The notes under the pieces: model-generated | The model's database searches: none | Told to the model about the DNA's origin: nothing | Seen by the model: only the letters and a program-made list of their open reading frames with translations | From: Gammaproteobacteria bacterium | GTDB taxonomy: Bacteria > Pseudomonadota > Gammaproteobacteria > GCA-002705445 > GCA-002716945 | Assembly (NCBI GenBank): GCA_045561295.1 | Contig: JBJKYD010000010.1 | Span: 64,001 to 128,000 of the forward strand | Length of the DNA: 64,000 nucleotides | Reading direction: 5' to 3' | Shown here: positions 22,037-31,514 of the stretch, piece after piece | Numbering within the stretch: position 1 is the stretch's first letter | Layout of the letters: each line of letters starts with the position of its first letter | Program-made: the position numbers and the translations under genes

Positions 22037-23797
22037 ATGAATTTAAGAAAAATTTTATTACTAAATGCATTACTTACATTGTTCACTTATTCTTATGCAA
22101 GTGAAACATTGAATCCTATTGTAGTAAGTAATTCTATCTCACCTATTGATATTCATTCATCGCCCGCATCCATGGAGGTTTTCGCCGCATCAGACATCAA
22201 AGAAAGAGGATTTACAGATCTCCCTGATTTATTAAATTCTATTAGTTCTATCAACGTGAGTGCTGTCGGTGGAAGCGGACAATTAACCTCTGTATTTACA
22301 AGAGGCACGGAAAGCAATCATACAAAAATCATACTAGATGGAGTTGAGCTTAATCCAGGAACACTTGGTCTTGCACCTATACATAATATTTCAATCCATT
22401 CTATTGATAAAGTAGAAATTATAAAAGGATCTTCGTCAGCCCTGCACGGTGCAAATACTATTGGAGGAATTATTAATATTAAAACAAAAGAGAATTCGAA
22501 TTCCATCTCAATTTCCTCTGGTTCATGGTCAAGTAATTCAACATCTTTTACACAAGGATTTAATGCAAATGGTCTTAATATAAATATTAATGCAAATAGA
22601 TATGAGTCAAAATCCATACCAGCAAAAATTGCCTCAATGAAAAGGCATTCTCATAACACAAATAACATAGCTTTAGGCATAAGTAAGGAAATTAATGATT
22701 ATGTTTTTACATCTAGACTTTATAGCTCTACGGGAAACGCTCAATATGATAACTTCAACAGTTCAGCTGTTCTTAATCAAGATCATGATGACTACTTCTA
22801 TACATTTGGTATTAAAAAGTTTATCGATGATGATATTTTAGAGATGGTTTATAAAAGCTCTCAAAATAGAATTATTCAAAGTGCAACAGGTGCCACTGAC
22901 TTTACAGATACTCTTAGAGACATATATGATTTCTCTTACACAAATGTAGGTAATAATATGATACAAAAAGTAGGAGTTATTTATACAAAAGAACATATGA
23001 GTGAACTATCATATGGAACTCGTTTTATTGCATTCACAAACTACAAAGAATACTTTTACCAAAGTGAATTATCTTATCCATCTTATCTTGTTAACTATGG
23101 AGCAAGGCATATTGATCACTCACAATACGGTCACTTCACAACCGGCAACTTTGGACTTTCTATTTTGTCAGCTAATGACGTCTATTCTTTTAATATTACC
23201 AGGTCATTAAGACCAGCAGATGCTACGGATCTTTATGGTTATGGCGGTATCCCAACACTTGAGCCTGAAGAATCATTTTCTTATGAGTTTGGAATCAAAA
23301 GATATGTAAATGAAGATACTTTTCTTCGTGGTACTCTATTTAAAACAAAAATCAAAAACCTGATTGAAGCAAATGCAATGTCTCAATTATATATTGCAGA
23401 TTCTGAAATAACTGGAATGGAGTTAAGATTTCAGTCAATCTTTAAACCTATCAAATATGATATTGGCTATACATATATGGTTCCAGAAGATACAAAAAAT
23501 AATCAGCCATTGACAAAACGAAGTAAGCATAAATTTAATGCTGATTTGATATACACAATAGATCAAGAGAGTAGTTTACGAGTAAACGTTATGGCAGAAG
23601 GAAAGAGGAAAGGATCAGCTTATGCCGATATTGATTTAGGGTCTTACTATATTGCTAACCTTAATTATAAAACAAAGTACAACCAAAACTCGATCACTGT
23701 GAGCCTTAAAAATATATTTGATAGACCATATAGAGCAGCACATAATTTTAATAGTCCTGACCGATCCGTCTTTGTTACATATTCGTATGATTATTGA
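22037..23797 (+). CDS. btuB: TonB-dependent vitamin B12 receptor
   Basis: Signal peptide, plug motif VFTRGTESNHT..ILDGV, IDKVEIIKG..SALHG, barrel ending in YSYDY; downstream of the B12 riboswitch. Confidence 0.88.
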   Translation: MNLRKILLLNALLTLFTYSYASETLNPIVVSNSISPIDIHSSPASMEVFAASDIKERGFTDLPDLLNSISSINVSAVGGSGQLTSVFTRGTESNHTKIILDGVELNPGTLGLAPIHNISIHSIDKVEIIKGSSSALHGANTIGGIINIKTKENSNSISISSGSWSSNSTSFTQGFNANGLNININANRYESKSIPAKIASMKRHSHNTNNIALGISKEINDYVFTSRLYSSTGNAQYDNFNSSAVLNQDHDDYFYTFGIKKFIDDDILEMVYKSSQNRIIQSATGATDFTDTLRDIYDFSYTNVGNNMIQKVGVIYTKEHMSELSYGTRFIAFTNYKEYFYQSELSYPSYLVNYGARHIDHSQYGHFTTGNFGLSILSANDVYSFNITRSLRPADATDLYGYGGIPTLEPEESFSYEFGIKRYVNEDTFLRGTLFKTKIKNLIEANAMSQLYIADSEITGMELRFQSIFKPIKYDIGYTYMVPEDTKNNQPLTKRSKHKFNADLIYTIDQESSLRVNVMAEGKRKGSAYADIDLGSYYIANLNYKTKYNQNSITVSLKNIFDRPYRAAHNFNSPDRSVFVTYSYDY

Positions 23798-23811
23798 TAG
23801 TATGAAATAAT

Positions 23812-24318
23812 ATGAAGAATATTAATTATATGAATATATCAATTTTACTACTATTGCTTGTCTCTAAGCTCTCGAGTAGCTTCATAAATATATCACCTTT
23901 TATAGCAACTATTATTATTGGATCTTATTTTGTTAATAGTAAATATCATTTACTAATCATGGTATGGATAGCTCAATTTGTTTCTGATATAAGTTTTGGT
24001 ATACATGTATCAAGTATCTTTGTTTACTTGTCGTACTTTTGTATAGTTTTAATTTTATATTTATCTGAAAAGAATTTTAGCTTAGTGACTAGTCTTATTA
24101 ATGCTGTATATGCGAATATTATATTCTTTTTTGTAAGTAACTTTGGTCATTTTATTTCTTTCAGTGAATATTATTCATTACCTATATTTTTTGATAGCTA
24201 TGAAGCAGGAATACCATTTGGTATTAATTTATTGCTATCAACATTATTATTTATTTTTATTTATCATGCCTTACTAGCTATTAGTAATAAACAGCTAGTA
24301 AGTTCATGGTTAAAGTGA
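23812..24318 (+). CDS. DUF6580-like putative transporter membrane protein (possible inner-membrane B12 carrier)
   Basis: About 6 TM segments, NISP, FFFVSNFG and GIPF..NLL.ST motifs; follows btuB. Confidence 0.6.
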   Translation: MKNINYMNISILLLLLVSKLSSSFINISPFIATIIIGSYFVNSKYHLLIMVWIAQFVSDISFGIHVSSIFVYLSYFCIVLILYLSEKNFSLVTSLINAVYANIIFFFVSNFGHFISFSEYYSLPIFFDSYEAGIPFGINLLLSTLLFIFIYHALLAISNKQLVSSWLK

Positions 24319-24324
24319 GGATAT

Positions 24325-25524
24325 TTAAAACTTAAGTTGTCCACCTGTTTTATATTCAGTAACACGTGTCTCAAAGAAATTCTTCTCTTTGTTTAAGTCC
24401 ATCATCTCTGACATCCATTCAAATGGATTTGTTGCGCCAGGGTACTGATGAGGTAAGCCAATGCGTTGGAATCTTCTGTTCGCAATAAACTTTATATACT
24501 CTTCAAACTGATTAGCGTCCATACCTAGCATTGGTTTTGGCATAGTATCTCGTCCATATTGAATTTCTAGTTCGACTCCAGTTTTAATTAAATCAATCAT
24601 ATCTTGTTGAAATGATTCAGTCCAAAGTTCAGGATTTTCATTTTTTATTTGATTAATCACATCCATCCCAAAGTTCATATGCATAGATTCATCTCTTAAT
24701 ATGTATTGAAATTGTTGTGACACACCAGTAAGCAGATTTCTTCTTCCTAATGATAGAATCTGTGTAAACCCTACGTAGAAGAATATGCCCTCAAAGACAA
24801 CATAGAATGCTATCAAATCTCTAAGCAATCTTTGATTATCTTTATGTGTACCTGTTTGGAAAGTTGGATCACCAAGACTTTGTGTAAATGGTAGTGCCCA
24901 CTCTGCTTTTGTTGCAACAGCTGGTAATTCCCTATACATATTAAATATTCTTGCTTCATCCAGGCCAAGTGATTGTACACAATATTGATAAGCGTGAGTG
25001 TGAATTGCTTCTTCAAATGCTTGACGAAGAAGATACTGTCTACATTCAGGATTTGTTATGTGCTTATAAACTGCTAGAACTAAATTATTAGCAACAAGAG
25101 AATCTGCGGTTGAGAAGAAACCAAGGTTTCTCTCAACCATTTCTCTTTCCTCAGGTCTGAGCGCGCTAGGATCATTCCAACATTTTATATCATCATGCAT
25201 AGGAATTTCTTCCGGCATCCAATGGTTTGCAGAACCATCTAAATATTTTTGCCATGCCCATTCATATTTGAAAGGAACAAGCTGATTCAAGTCTGCTCTA
25301 CAGTTAATAATTGCTTTATCGTCAACTTGTATTCTTGCAGCTCCTTGCTCAATATCTTCCATTCCAGTAGAGCCCACTCCGCTATCTTCAGACGCAGGAA
25401 AATCCTGAATGTCTGCTGATGCTGAGTCAGTAAAGTTTTTATTTAGTTCTGATGACACTTTCTTCTCAGGTACTATATCTGGTTTACTCAGTGCATCATT
25501 AATAGGATCGTCCCAATTATACAT
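24325..25524 (-). CDS. nrdB: Class Ia ribonucleotide reductase beta subunit
   Basis: [18 protein letters not shown] (radical Tyr retained), EGIFFY, RDESMH, NFFETRV.EY. Confidence 0.96.
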   Translation of the reverse strand: MYNWDDPINDALSKPDIVPEKKVSSELNKNFTDSASADIQDFPASEDSGVGSTGMEDIEQGAARIQVDDKAIINCRADLNQLVPFKYEWAWQKYLDGSANHWMPEEIPMHDDIKCWNDPSALRPEEREMVERNLGFFSTADSLVANNLVLAVYKHITNPECRQYLLRQAFEEAIHTHAYQYCVQSLGLDEARIFNMYRELPAVATKAEWALPFTQSLGDPTFQTGTHKDNQRLLRDLIAFYVVFEGIFFYVGFTQILSLGRRNLLTGVSQQFQYILRDESMHMNFGMDVINQIKNENPELWTESFQQDMIDLIKTGVELEIQYGRDTMPKPMLGMDANQFEEYIKFIANRRFQRIGLPHQYPGATNPFEWMSEMMDLNKEKNFFETRVTEYKTGGQLKF

Positions 25525-25666
25525 TTTTATCTCCTTTTATTTGTCTATCAGCATCCATCGCTAATAACCTATCTTTTTCTAGTTTGTTTAGTTTTATGAT
25601 TACAAATACCATTGCAACAATAGCAATGACATAAATCATGAAATCGGGTATGTAAAAATTCATCAT
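25517..25666 (-). CDS. Small 49-aa single-pass membrane protein inside the nrdAB operon (not in the ORF track)
   Basis: Translated by hand: [49 protein letters not shown]. Start overlaps the nrdA stop (ATGA); stop overlaps the nrdB start. Confidence 0.7.
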   Translation of the reverse strand: MMNFYIPDFMIYVIAIVAMVFVIIKLNKLEKDRLLAMDADRQIKGDKNV

Positions 25667-28509
25667 TGGCAAGCCTCGCATTCTGGATCATCAATTAAGC
25701 ATTGTTTAACTTCTTCATCTGATTTAACCGCATTTAAATTAGAACCTGAATTATCTGATGTACTTTTCTCTACGTGAGTTGCACCTAGTGATCGTAAATA
25801 ATAAGTGGTTTTCAAGCCTCTTATCCATGCTAGTTTATAAGCGCTATCAAGTTTTTTACCATCAGAGTCAGGAATATATAAATTTAGTGATTGTGACTGG
25901 TCAATCCATTTTTGTCTTCTTGCCGCAGCTTCAACAAGCCACCTTGTATCAATTTCAAAACATGTTGAATAAATAGACTTCAAATCATCAGGTACTCTAT
26001 TAATAGGTTGTAATTGACCATCAAAATATTTTAAATCTTTAATCATTACTTCATCCCATAAGTCTCTTTCTTTTAAATCTTTTATTAGATAAGGATTTAT
26101 TACAGTAAATTCACCAGAAAGATTAGATTTAACATATAGATTTTGGTATGTGGGCTCTATTGATTGAGAAACTCCACATATATTAGATATGGTTGCAGTT
26201 GGTGCAATAGCAAGCGTATTTGAATTACGCATTCCATGTTTTTTGATTTTATCTCTTAAGTCATCCCACTTTAAGCTTTCATCGAGGTTTACATCTAAAT
26301 ATTTTCCACGTATCTCTTTTAGATTTCTTAAACTATCTATAGGAAGAATTCCTTGGCTCCATAATGAGCCTTCGAAGCTTTCATAAGCACCTCTTTCTTT
26401 TGCAAGTTCCATAGACGCTTCAATCGCAAAGTAGCTAACGTACTCCATACTCTTATCAGCGAAAGCAACAGCTTCTTCTGATTCATAAGGAACACGGATT
26501 TTATATAAAGCATCTTGAAAGCCCATAATCCCTAATCCAACAGGGCGATGTTTTAAGTTAGAGTTTTTTGCTTTATCTACACTGTAATAATTATATTCAA
26601 TAACATTATCAAGCATTCTCATAGCTGTCATAATTGTTTTTTTAAGTTTCTTTGTATCAATTTTTCCAGCTTCAGTAATATGAGCAGCCAGGTTGACAGA
26701 TCCAAGATTACATACTGCAATTTCATCTTTTGAAGTATTCAATGTGATCTCTGTACATAAGTTTGATGAGTGAACAACGCCTTTGTGTTGTTGTGGAGAT
26801 CTGACATTACATGGATCTTTAAATGTAATCCAAGGATGCCCAGTCTCAAAGAGCATGCTGAGAATTTTTCTCCAGATATCTACTGCATTTACAGTCTTAA
26901 AATTTTTAATCCCACCAGATTTTGCAAGATCTTCATATTCCATATACTTTTCTTCAAAATCTAAGCCGTATAAATCATGGAGATCAGGTGTATCTGAAGG
27001 GGAGAAAAGTGTCCACTCTTCATTGCCATGGACTCTTTTCATAAATAGATCAGGAATCCAATTAGCTGTATTCATATCATGTGTTCTTCTTCTCTCATCA
27101 CCTGTATTTTTTCTAAGCTCGAGAAATTGTTCAATATCTAAGTGCCAAGTTTCTAAATAAGCACACATTGCACCTTTTCTTTTACCACCTTGATTAACAG
27201 CTACTGCAGTATCGTTTGCTACTTTAAGAAAAGGAATGACTCCCTGACTTTTACCGTTAGTACCTTTGATGTATGAACCTAGAGCTCTTACTTGTGACCA
27301 ATCATTTCCTAAACCACCAGCAAATTTAGAGAGCATTGCATCATCGCTTATGCCTTCAAATATTCCCCTTAAATCATCTGGCAATGTTGATAAGTAGCAA
27401 GATGATAGTTGAGGTTTTAATGTTGCAGAATTAAATAGTGTTGGTGTACTGGACATAAAATCAAATGATGATAATAGTTTGTAAAACTCAATTGATTTAG
27501 CTTCTCTATCGTCTTCATTAATGGCAAGTCCCATTGCAACTCTCATAAAGAATGCTTGAGGCAATTCAAATCTTACTTCATTGTGGTGAATAAAATATCT
27601 GTCATACAAAGTTTGTAAACCTAAGTATGTAAATTGCATGTCTCTTGAAAGATCAATATTTTTTGTTAGAAATTCTAAATCATAGTTTAGTAATTCTGGA
27701 TCAAGGTGCTTTAGTTCAACACCTTTTTTAATATAACTTTTAAAATAGTTTGGATAAGATTTTTCCATAGCGCTTATGCTTAAATCTGATGCATCTATTT
27801 CAAGAAAGGAGTACGCCTCTTCTGACATACTATTTGATAACAATCTTGCTAATACAAAAGAGTAATTAGGGTCTTTCTCAATAAGTGGTCTTACAGATAT
27901 AAGTATCGAATCGGATAAATCTGATTTTTTTATACCATCATATATATTCTTATCAATAGTGTTAAATATTAAGTCACCTGATACATCATCAATGTCTAAG
28001 CAACTCTCAGCAATCATGTTTTTTAATTTTTTATAATCTATAGGAACTGTAGAGCCATCGTCTAAGACCATGTTTTTAGATATTGGCATATCTTCTGTTT
28101 GCTCAACGCCAAGTTTTCTTGCTTTTGATCGATCTTCTCTATAGATAACGTACGCTCTTGCTACGTCTTGATAACCCGCTCTCATTATTGCTAGCTCAAC
28201 TTGATCTTGAATATCCTCTATATGAATAACGCCACCATTAGGAAATCTTCTTTTAATAGTGTGATCTACTTTGTCAGTTAAATTTTCTACTTCGTTATGT
28301 ATTCTAGATGATGCAGCTGCGCTACTTCCCTCTATACTTAAAAATGCTTTCGTCATTGCAACAACAATCTTGTGTGAGTCATAAGCAGTCACCTTTCCAT
28401 TTCTTCTCATTACACGATAAAGACCAGGAATTGGCTCTAACTGCGGAGCTTCTGCAACAGGCTTATTGATAGGCGAATCTATACTTATTTTTTCTCTTTC
28501 TTCTGACAT
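25663..28509 (-). CDS. nrdA: Class Ia ribonucleotide reductase alpha subunit with two ATP-cone regions
   Basis: VMRRNG ATP cone, STPTLFN, LSSCY, SNLCTEI, APTATIS, KTTYYLR, C-terminal CEACQ. Confidence 0.97.
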   Translation of the reverse strand: MSEEREKISIDSPINKPVAEAPQLEPIPGLYRVMRRNGKVTAYDSHKIVVAMTKAFLSIEGSSAAASSRIHNEVENLTDKVDHTIKRRFPNGGVIHIEDIQDQVELAIMRAGYQDVARAYVIYREDRSKARKLGVEQTEDMPISKNMVLDDGSTVPIDYKKLKNMIAESCLDIDDVSGDLIFNTIDKNIYDGIKKSDLSDSILISVRPLIEKDPNYSFVLARLLSNSMSEEAYSFLEIDASDLSISAMEKSYPNYFKSYIKKGVELKHLDPELLNYDLEFLTKNIDLSRDMQFTYLGLQTLYDRYFIHHNEVRFELPQAFFMRVAMGLAINEDDREAKSIEFYKLLSSFDFMSSTPTLFNSATLKPQLSSCYLSTLPDDLRGIFEGISDDAMLSKFAGGLGNDWSQVRALGSYIKGTNGKSQGVIPFLKVANDTAVAVNQGGKRKGAMCAYLETWHLDIEQFLELRKNTGDERRRTHDMNTANWIPDLFMKRVHGNEEWTLFSPSDTPDLHDLYGLDFEEKYMEYEDLAKSGGIKNFKTVNAVDIWRKILSMLFETGHPWITFKDPCNVRSPQQHKGVVHSSNLCTEITLNTSKDEIAVCNLGSVNLAAHITEAGKIDTKKLKKTIMTAMRMLDNVIEYNYYSVDKAKNSNLKHRPVGLGIMGFQDALYKIRVPYESEEAVAFADKSMEYVSYFAIEASMELAKERGAYESFEGSLWSQGILPIDSLRNLKEIRGKYLDVNLDESLKWDDLRDKIKKHGMRNSNTLAIAPTATISNICGVSQSIEPTYQNLYVKSNLSGEFTVINPYLIKDLKERDLWDEVMIKDLKYFDGQLQPINRVPDDLKSIYSTCFEIDTRWLVEAAARRQKWIDQSQSLNLYIPDSDGKKLDSAYKLAWIRGLKTTYYLRSLGATHVEKSTSDNSGSNLNAVKSDEEVKQCLIDDPECEACQ

Positions 28510-28548
28510 ATTCTCTCTCTGGTTTGAGATGTTATGAGATTAATTGTA

Positions 28549-28596
28549 CCACTAAATATTGTGGTATGTAATTACTAAAAACACTATATATTGTGT
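28549..28596. promoter_or_regulatory. Tandem NrdR boxes upstream of nrdA
   Basis: CCACTAAATATTGTGG (28549-28564) and ACACTATATATTGTGT (28581-28596), 32 bp apart, matching the NrdR consensus and its usual spacing. Confidence 0.88.
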
Positions 28597-28614
28597 TTAA
28601 GTTTGTGATTTAGT

Positions 28615-28623
28615 TGTGGATAA
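28615..28623 (-). promoter_or_regulatory. DnaA box in the nrdAB promoter region
   Basis: Perfect TTATCCACA on the minus strand; DnaA boxes are known at the E. coli nrdAB promoter. Confidence 0.6.
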
Positions 28624-28677
28624 GTTGTGAAATCGTTGTATTTACTTGTATATAAGATAATCCCAATATACTGATTT

Positions 28678-30045
28678 TTACATCAGAAAAGTTGCGATTC
28701 CCAAAAGTGAGACGAAACCAACAACATCTGTGATAGTGGTCAAAATCACACCGCCTGCGAGAGCTGGATCGATATCAAGCTTCTCTAAAATAAGAGGTAA
28801 GCTCACGCCACTTATCGCACCTACAATTAAATTGATCATCAATGCTGCAGCAATCACTCCACCGAGGAACATGCTATCAAACCATAGATAAACAATTCCT
28901 GCTACAACGCCAGACCAAATGATTCCATTTAATAATCCAATAGCAGACTCTTTATAGATGAGAAGTTTTGAGTTTGAGGATCCAATTTGATCAAGTGCTT
29001 GTGCTCTAATGACTAGTGCTAGACTTTGACTGCCCGCAATGCCACCCATACTTGCAACAATTGGCATTAAAATAGCTAAAGCTACAACTTTTTCTATTGT
29101 CGCTTCAAATATTCCAATGGCAGCGGCAGCTAAAAGTGCAGTGAGGAAGTTTGCGCCAAGCCATAATGTTCTTCTTTTAGTACTTTGTATGACAGGTGCA
29201 AAGATATCATCGTCCTTTTTAAGACCCGCCATGTTTAATACACTTTCATCAACCTCTTCTCTAATGACATCGACTACATCATCGACTGTAATCCTACCTA
29301 ATAAAAATCCTTGATTGTCCACCACAGCAGCGGATACTAAATCTGCGTTTTCAAATCGTCTTGAGACTTCGTGTTCTCCTAAATCTGGATCAATAGGGTC
29401 TTCATCTTTTTTCATGATTTGGAAAACATATTTTGAGGGTTCTGCAACTAAGACATCTTTTAATGAGACGAACCCGTGATACATATTTATTCTGTCAGTT
29501 ACAAATATTTTATCTGTTTGATCAGGTAAACTTTTCATTCGTCTTAAATATTTTAAAAGCACATCAACAGTTACATTACTTCTTATAGTAATGGTATCCG
29601 TGTTCATGAGCCCACCTGCTGTACCGTCTTCAAACGACAAAACTTTTTCGAGTCTTTCCTGATTTTGTTTGGTAAGACTCTTAATCGCTTTTCTAGTTAA
29701 GCCTTTTGGAAGAGATTGGATAATATCTGCAAGGTCGTCAGAATCAAGCTTCTCTGCAATCTTTACTAGACCTTCAGTTCCGTCTTTATCAATAAGTTCA
29801 TCAATTAAATTTTCTCGAACTTCATCATGTAGCTCAGCGAGTGTCTCACCTTTATTTTCATCGGTAACTAATGTCCATAAAAGATCCCTTCTGTTACGAG
29901 GTGTACTTTCTATGACATCAGCAATCTCAGATGGATATAGAGAATTGAGTAGATTTTTTGCTTTGATAACTGCGCCGCTATCAAGAACTTCTGAGAGTTG
30001 GTCAAGAGTGACAGTATTATCTTTATTAATGCTTTCTGCAGGCAT
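28678..30045 (-). CDS. mgtE: Magnesium transporter MgtE
   Basis: N-domain, CBS pair (TAGGLM, GRITVDDVVD), MPIVASMGG, DPALAGG..LTTITDV. Confidence 0.95.
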   Translation of the reverse strand: MPAESINKDNTVTLDQLSEVLDSGAVIKAKNLLNSLYPSEIADVIESTPRNRRDLLWTLVTDENKGETLAELHDEVRENLIDELIDKDGTEGLVKIAEKLDSDDLADIIQSLPKGLTRKAIKSLTKQNQERLEKVLSFEDGTAGGLMNTDTITIRSNVTVDVLLKYLRRMKSLPDQTDKIFVTDRINMYHGFVSLKDVLVAEPSKYVFQIMKKDEDPIDPDLGEHEVSRRFENADLVSAAVVDNQGFLLGRITVDDVVDVIREEVDESVLNMAGLKKDDDIFAPVIQSTKRRTLWLGANFLTALLAAAAIGIFEATIEKVVALAILMPIVASMGGIAGSQSLALVIRAQALDQIGSSNSKLLIYKESAIGLLNGIIWSGVVAGIVYLWFDSMFLGGVIAAALMINLIVGAISGVSLPLILEKLDIDPALAGGVILTTITDVVGFVSLLGIATFLM

Positions 30046-30103
30046 TGGTCTGACCTCTCTTGATTTTGTTTATTTTTTACATATTCCTGAGACAAAGATA
30101 ACA

Positions 30104-30131
30104 CAAAGGGCCTACTTAAGTAAGTAGGCCC
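30104..30131 (-). terminator. Terminator closing the porin 2 transcript
   Basis: GGGCCTACTT/AAGTAGGCCC stem (30108-30131) followed on the minus strand by TTTG. Confidence 0.75.
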
Positions 30132-30163
30132 CGATATATATAAATGAAATCTTTATCTTAAGA

Positions 30164-30225
30164 AGGCTAGCTGTCTATGAAATTAGGTTGGTTGTTAACG
30201 TCAAACTAATGGGGGCAGCTAGCCT
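30164..30225 (-). ncRNA. Candidate 3'-UTR-derived sRNA hairpin, antisense to the porin 1 leader
   Basis: Perfect 10-bp AGGCTAGCTG/CAGCTAGCCT stem, unpaired CCCCC internal loop, upper ATTAG/CTAAT stem, apical ACGTTAACA; complementary to 3870-3891. Expression not shown. Confidence 0.5.
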
Positions 30226-30246
30226 CTCATCTAGATCCAAAGAGGA

Positions 30247-31379
30247 TTAGAAGTCATGTCTTAGACCAAAGATATAAGTTCTAAAGTCTGTTGTGTTATT
30301 ATTTGCATCACCATCGTGATCAGAATAACCTGCGTAGAATCTACTTGTCTTAGATAGCTTGTATTGCATACCTACGTTGTAAGCAGTTCCATCACCTTCT
30401 GTAGCAGATCCTGCATCAGATTCAGTATTAGCAATTGAATACTGAAGCTTCATTGGACCTGATGAGTAGTGAATACCATACCAATCTACTTCACCTTCTG
30501 AGCTGTCGAACATTTTGCTGTCAATCTCAACATCTTCATGCATATACCATACTTTGACCTTTCTTTTATCAGCAAGTTTCATATCATATGTAATAGTATA
30601 TTTTTTGTTTTCTTTGTCAGCACTGTGATCTGTGGTTCATTGCATACACAAGACTTAAGCCTTTAATACCTAAGTTTTTGTACTCAAGACCGTAACCATA
30701 GTCTTTCTTGTTGTTTGCAGAATATGCAGCTTCGTCATGGTTACTGAAACCTCTAATAGCAGCAAATCTGAAGTTACCAGCTTTAAGCTCGTAAAAACCA
30801 GCTGTTCTCCAATAACCTGAATGAGACATACTACCTTGTGAGATACCACGTGTGTCTCTCATTTGCGCTAATGTATCATGCAAGATATCGTGTTTAGCAA
30901 GAAATTTATAAGGTGATTCCATAGAACCAAACTTAAATTGACCATATGGAGTTAAAAGACCTAACCAAGATTGTTTGTTGGTAAATGCATTTGCTTTAAA
31001 CCCTGCTTCATTATCCCGAGTCATTTGCAACATCTTCACCGTCTGTTCCAGATGAGTCTCCATCACCAAGATCTATCGCCCACTCAACTTTATAGTTGAC
31101 TGAATAGCCATTGCCGATAGAGCTTTTACCTTTAAAGCCCATACGAGCCATACCTTCATCATCAAAGATTGTGGTGTTAGCTTCTCCACCGGCTTTTTTT
31201 GTATTACTGTATTGAGACCAAAGTCGACCATAAAGCTTCGCACTAGAGCCTTTTTTAAGAGCTGGAGATGCGACTGCTTCGTTTGGTTTGATGACAGAAT
31301 TTGTCATAGCACCACCCGTGAAACCGACTAAAGGAACTGCAAGTAAAGCAAGTACAAGATATTTTTGTAATTGTTTCAT
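30247..31379 (-). pseudogene. Porin 2, a paralogue of porin 1 under Pho boxes, split by two +1 frameshifts (real pseudogene or sequencing error)
   Basis: The three ORFs join into one ~376-aa porin (signal peptide, LYGRLW, DLGDG, TPYG, ESPYK, C-terminal GLRHDF) if one base is removed at 31015-31017 and one at 30634-30635. Confidence 0.8.
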
Positions 31380-31460
31380 ATTTCCTCTTTGTTTAATAAC
31401 GTTAAATTTTTCCCTAAATAAGGAATAGTCAAAGGATATAAAACTAAAGTGAAAAGTTTT

Positions 31461-31511
31461 AATAAATGTATATGAAAGATTTATATATGAAATATGACAG
31501 AATTATGAATC
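31461..31511 (-). promoter_or_regulatory. Pho box array upstream of porin 2
   Basis: Minus strand GATTCAT-AATT-CTGTCAT-ATTT-CATATAT-AAAT-CTTTCAT-ATAC-ATTTATT; 11-bp period with one perfect CTGTCAT. Confidence 0.82.
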
Positions 31512-31514
31512 ATG

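Noticed and set aside
25663-28509. Intein or homing endonuclease in the long NrdA
   Set aside because: The extra length is explained by the duplicated ATP-cone region, and the catalytic motifs are contiguous.
30046-30246. M-box or other Mg2+ riboswitch for mgtE, or SRP/6S RNA
   Set aside because: No recognisable conserved motifs of these RNAs; the hairpin lies on the porin side of a terminator and matches the porin 1 leader instead.
30247-31379. Three independent genes, programmed frameshifting or phase variation
   Set aside because: The fragments are collinear parts of one porin, and the indels sit in runs of only 2-3 nt with no slippery heptamer or long repeat tract.
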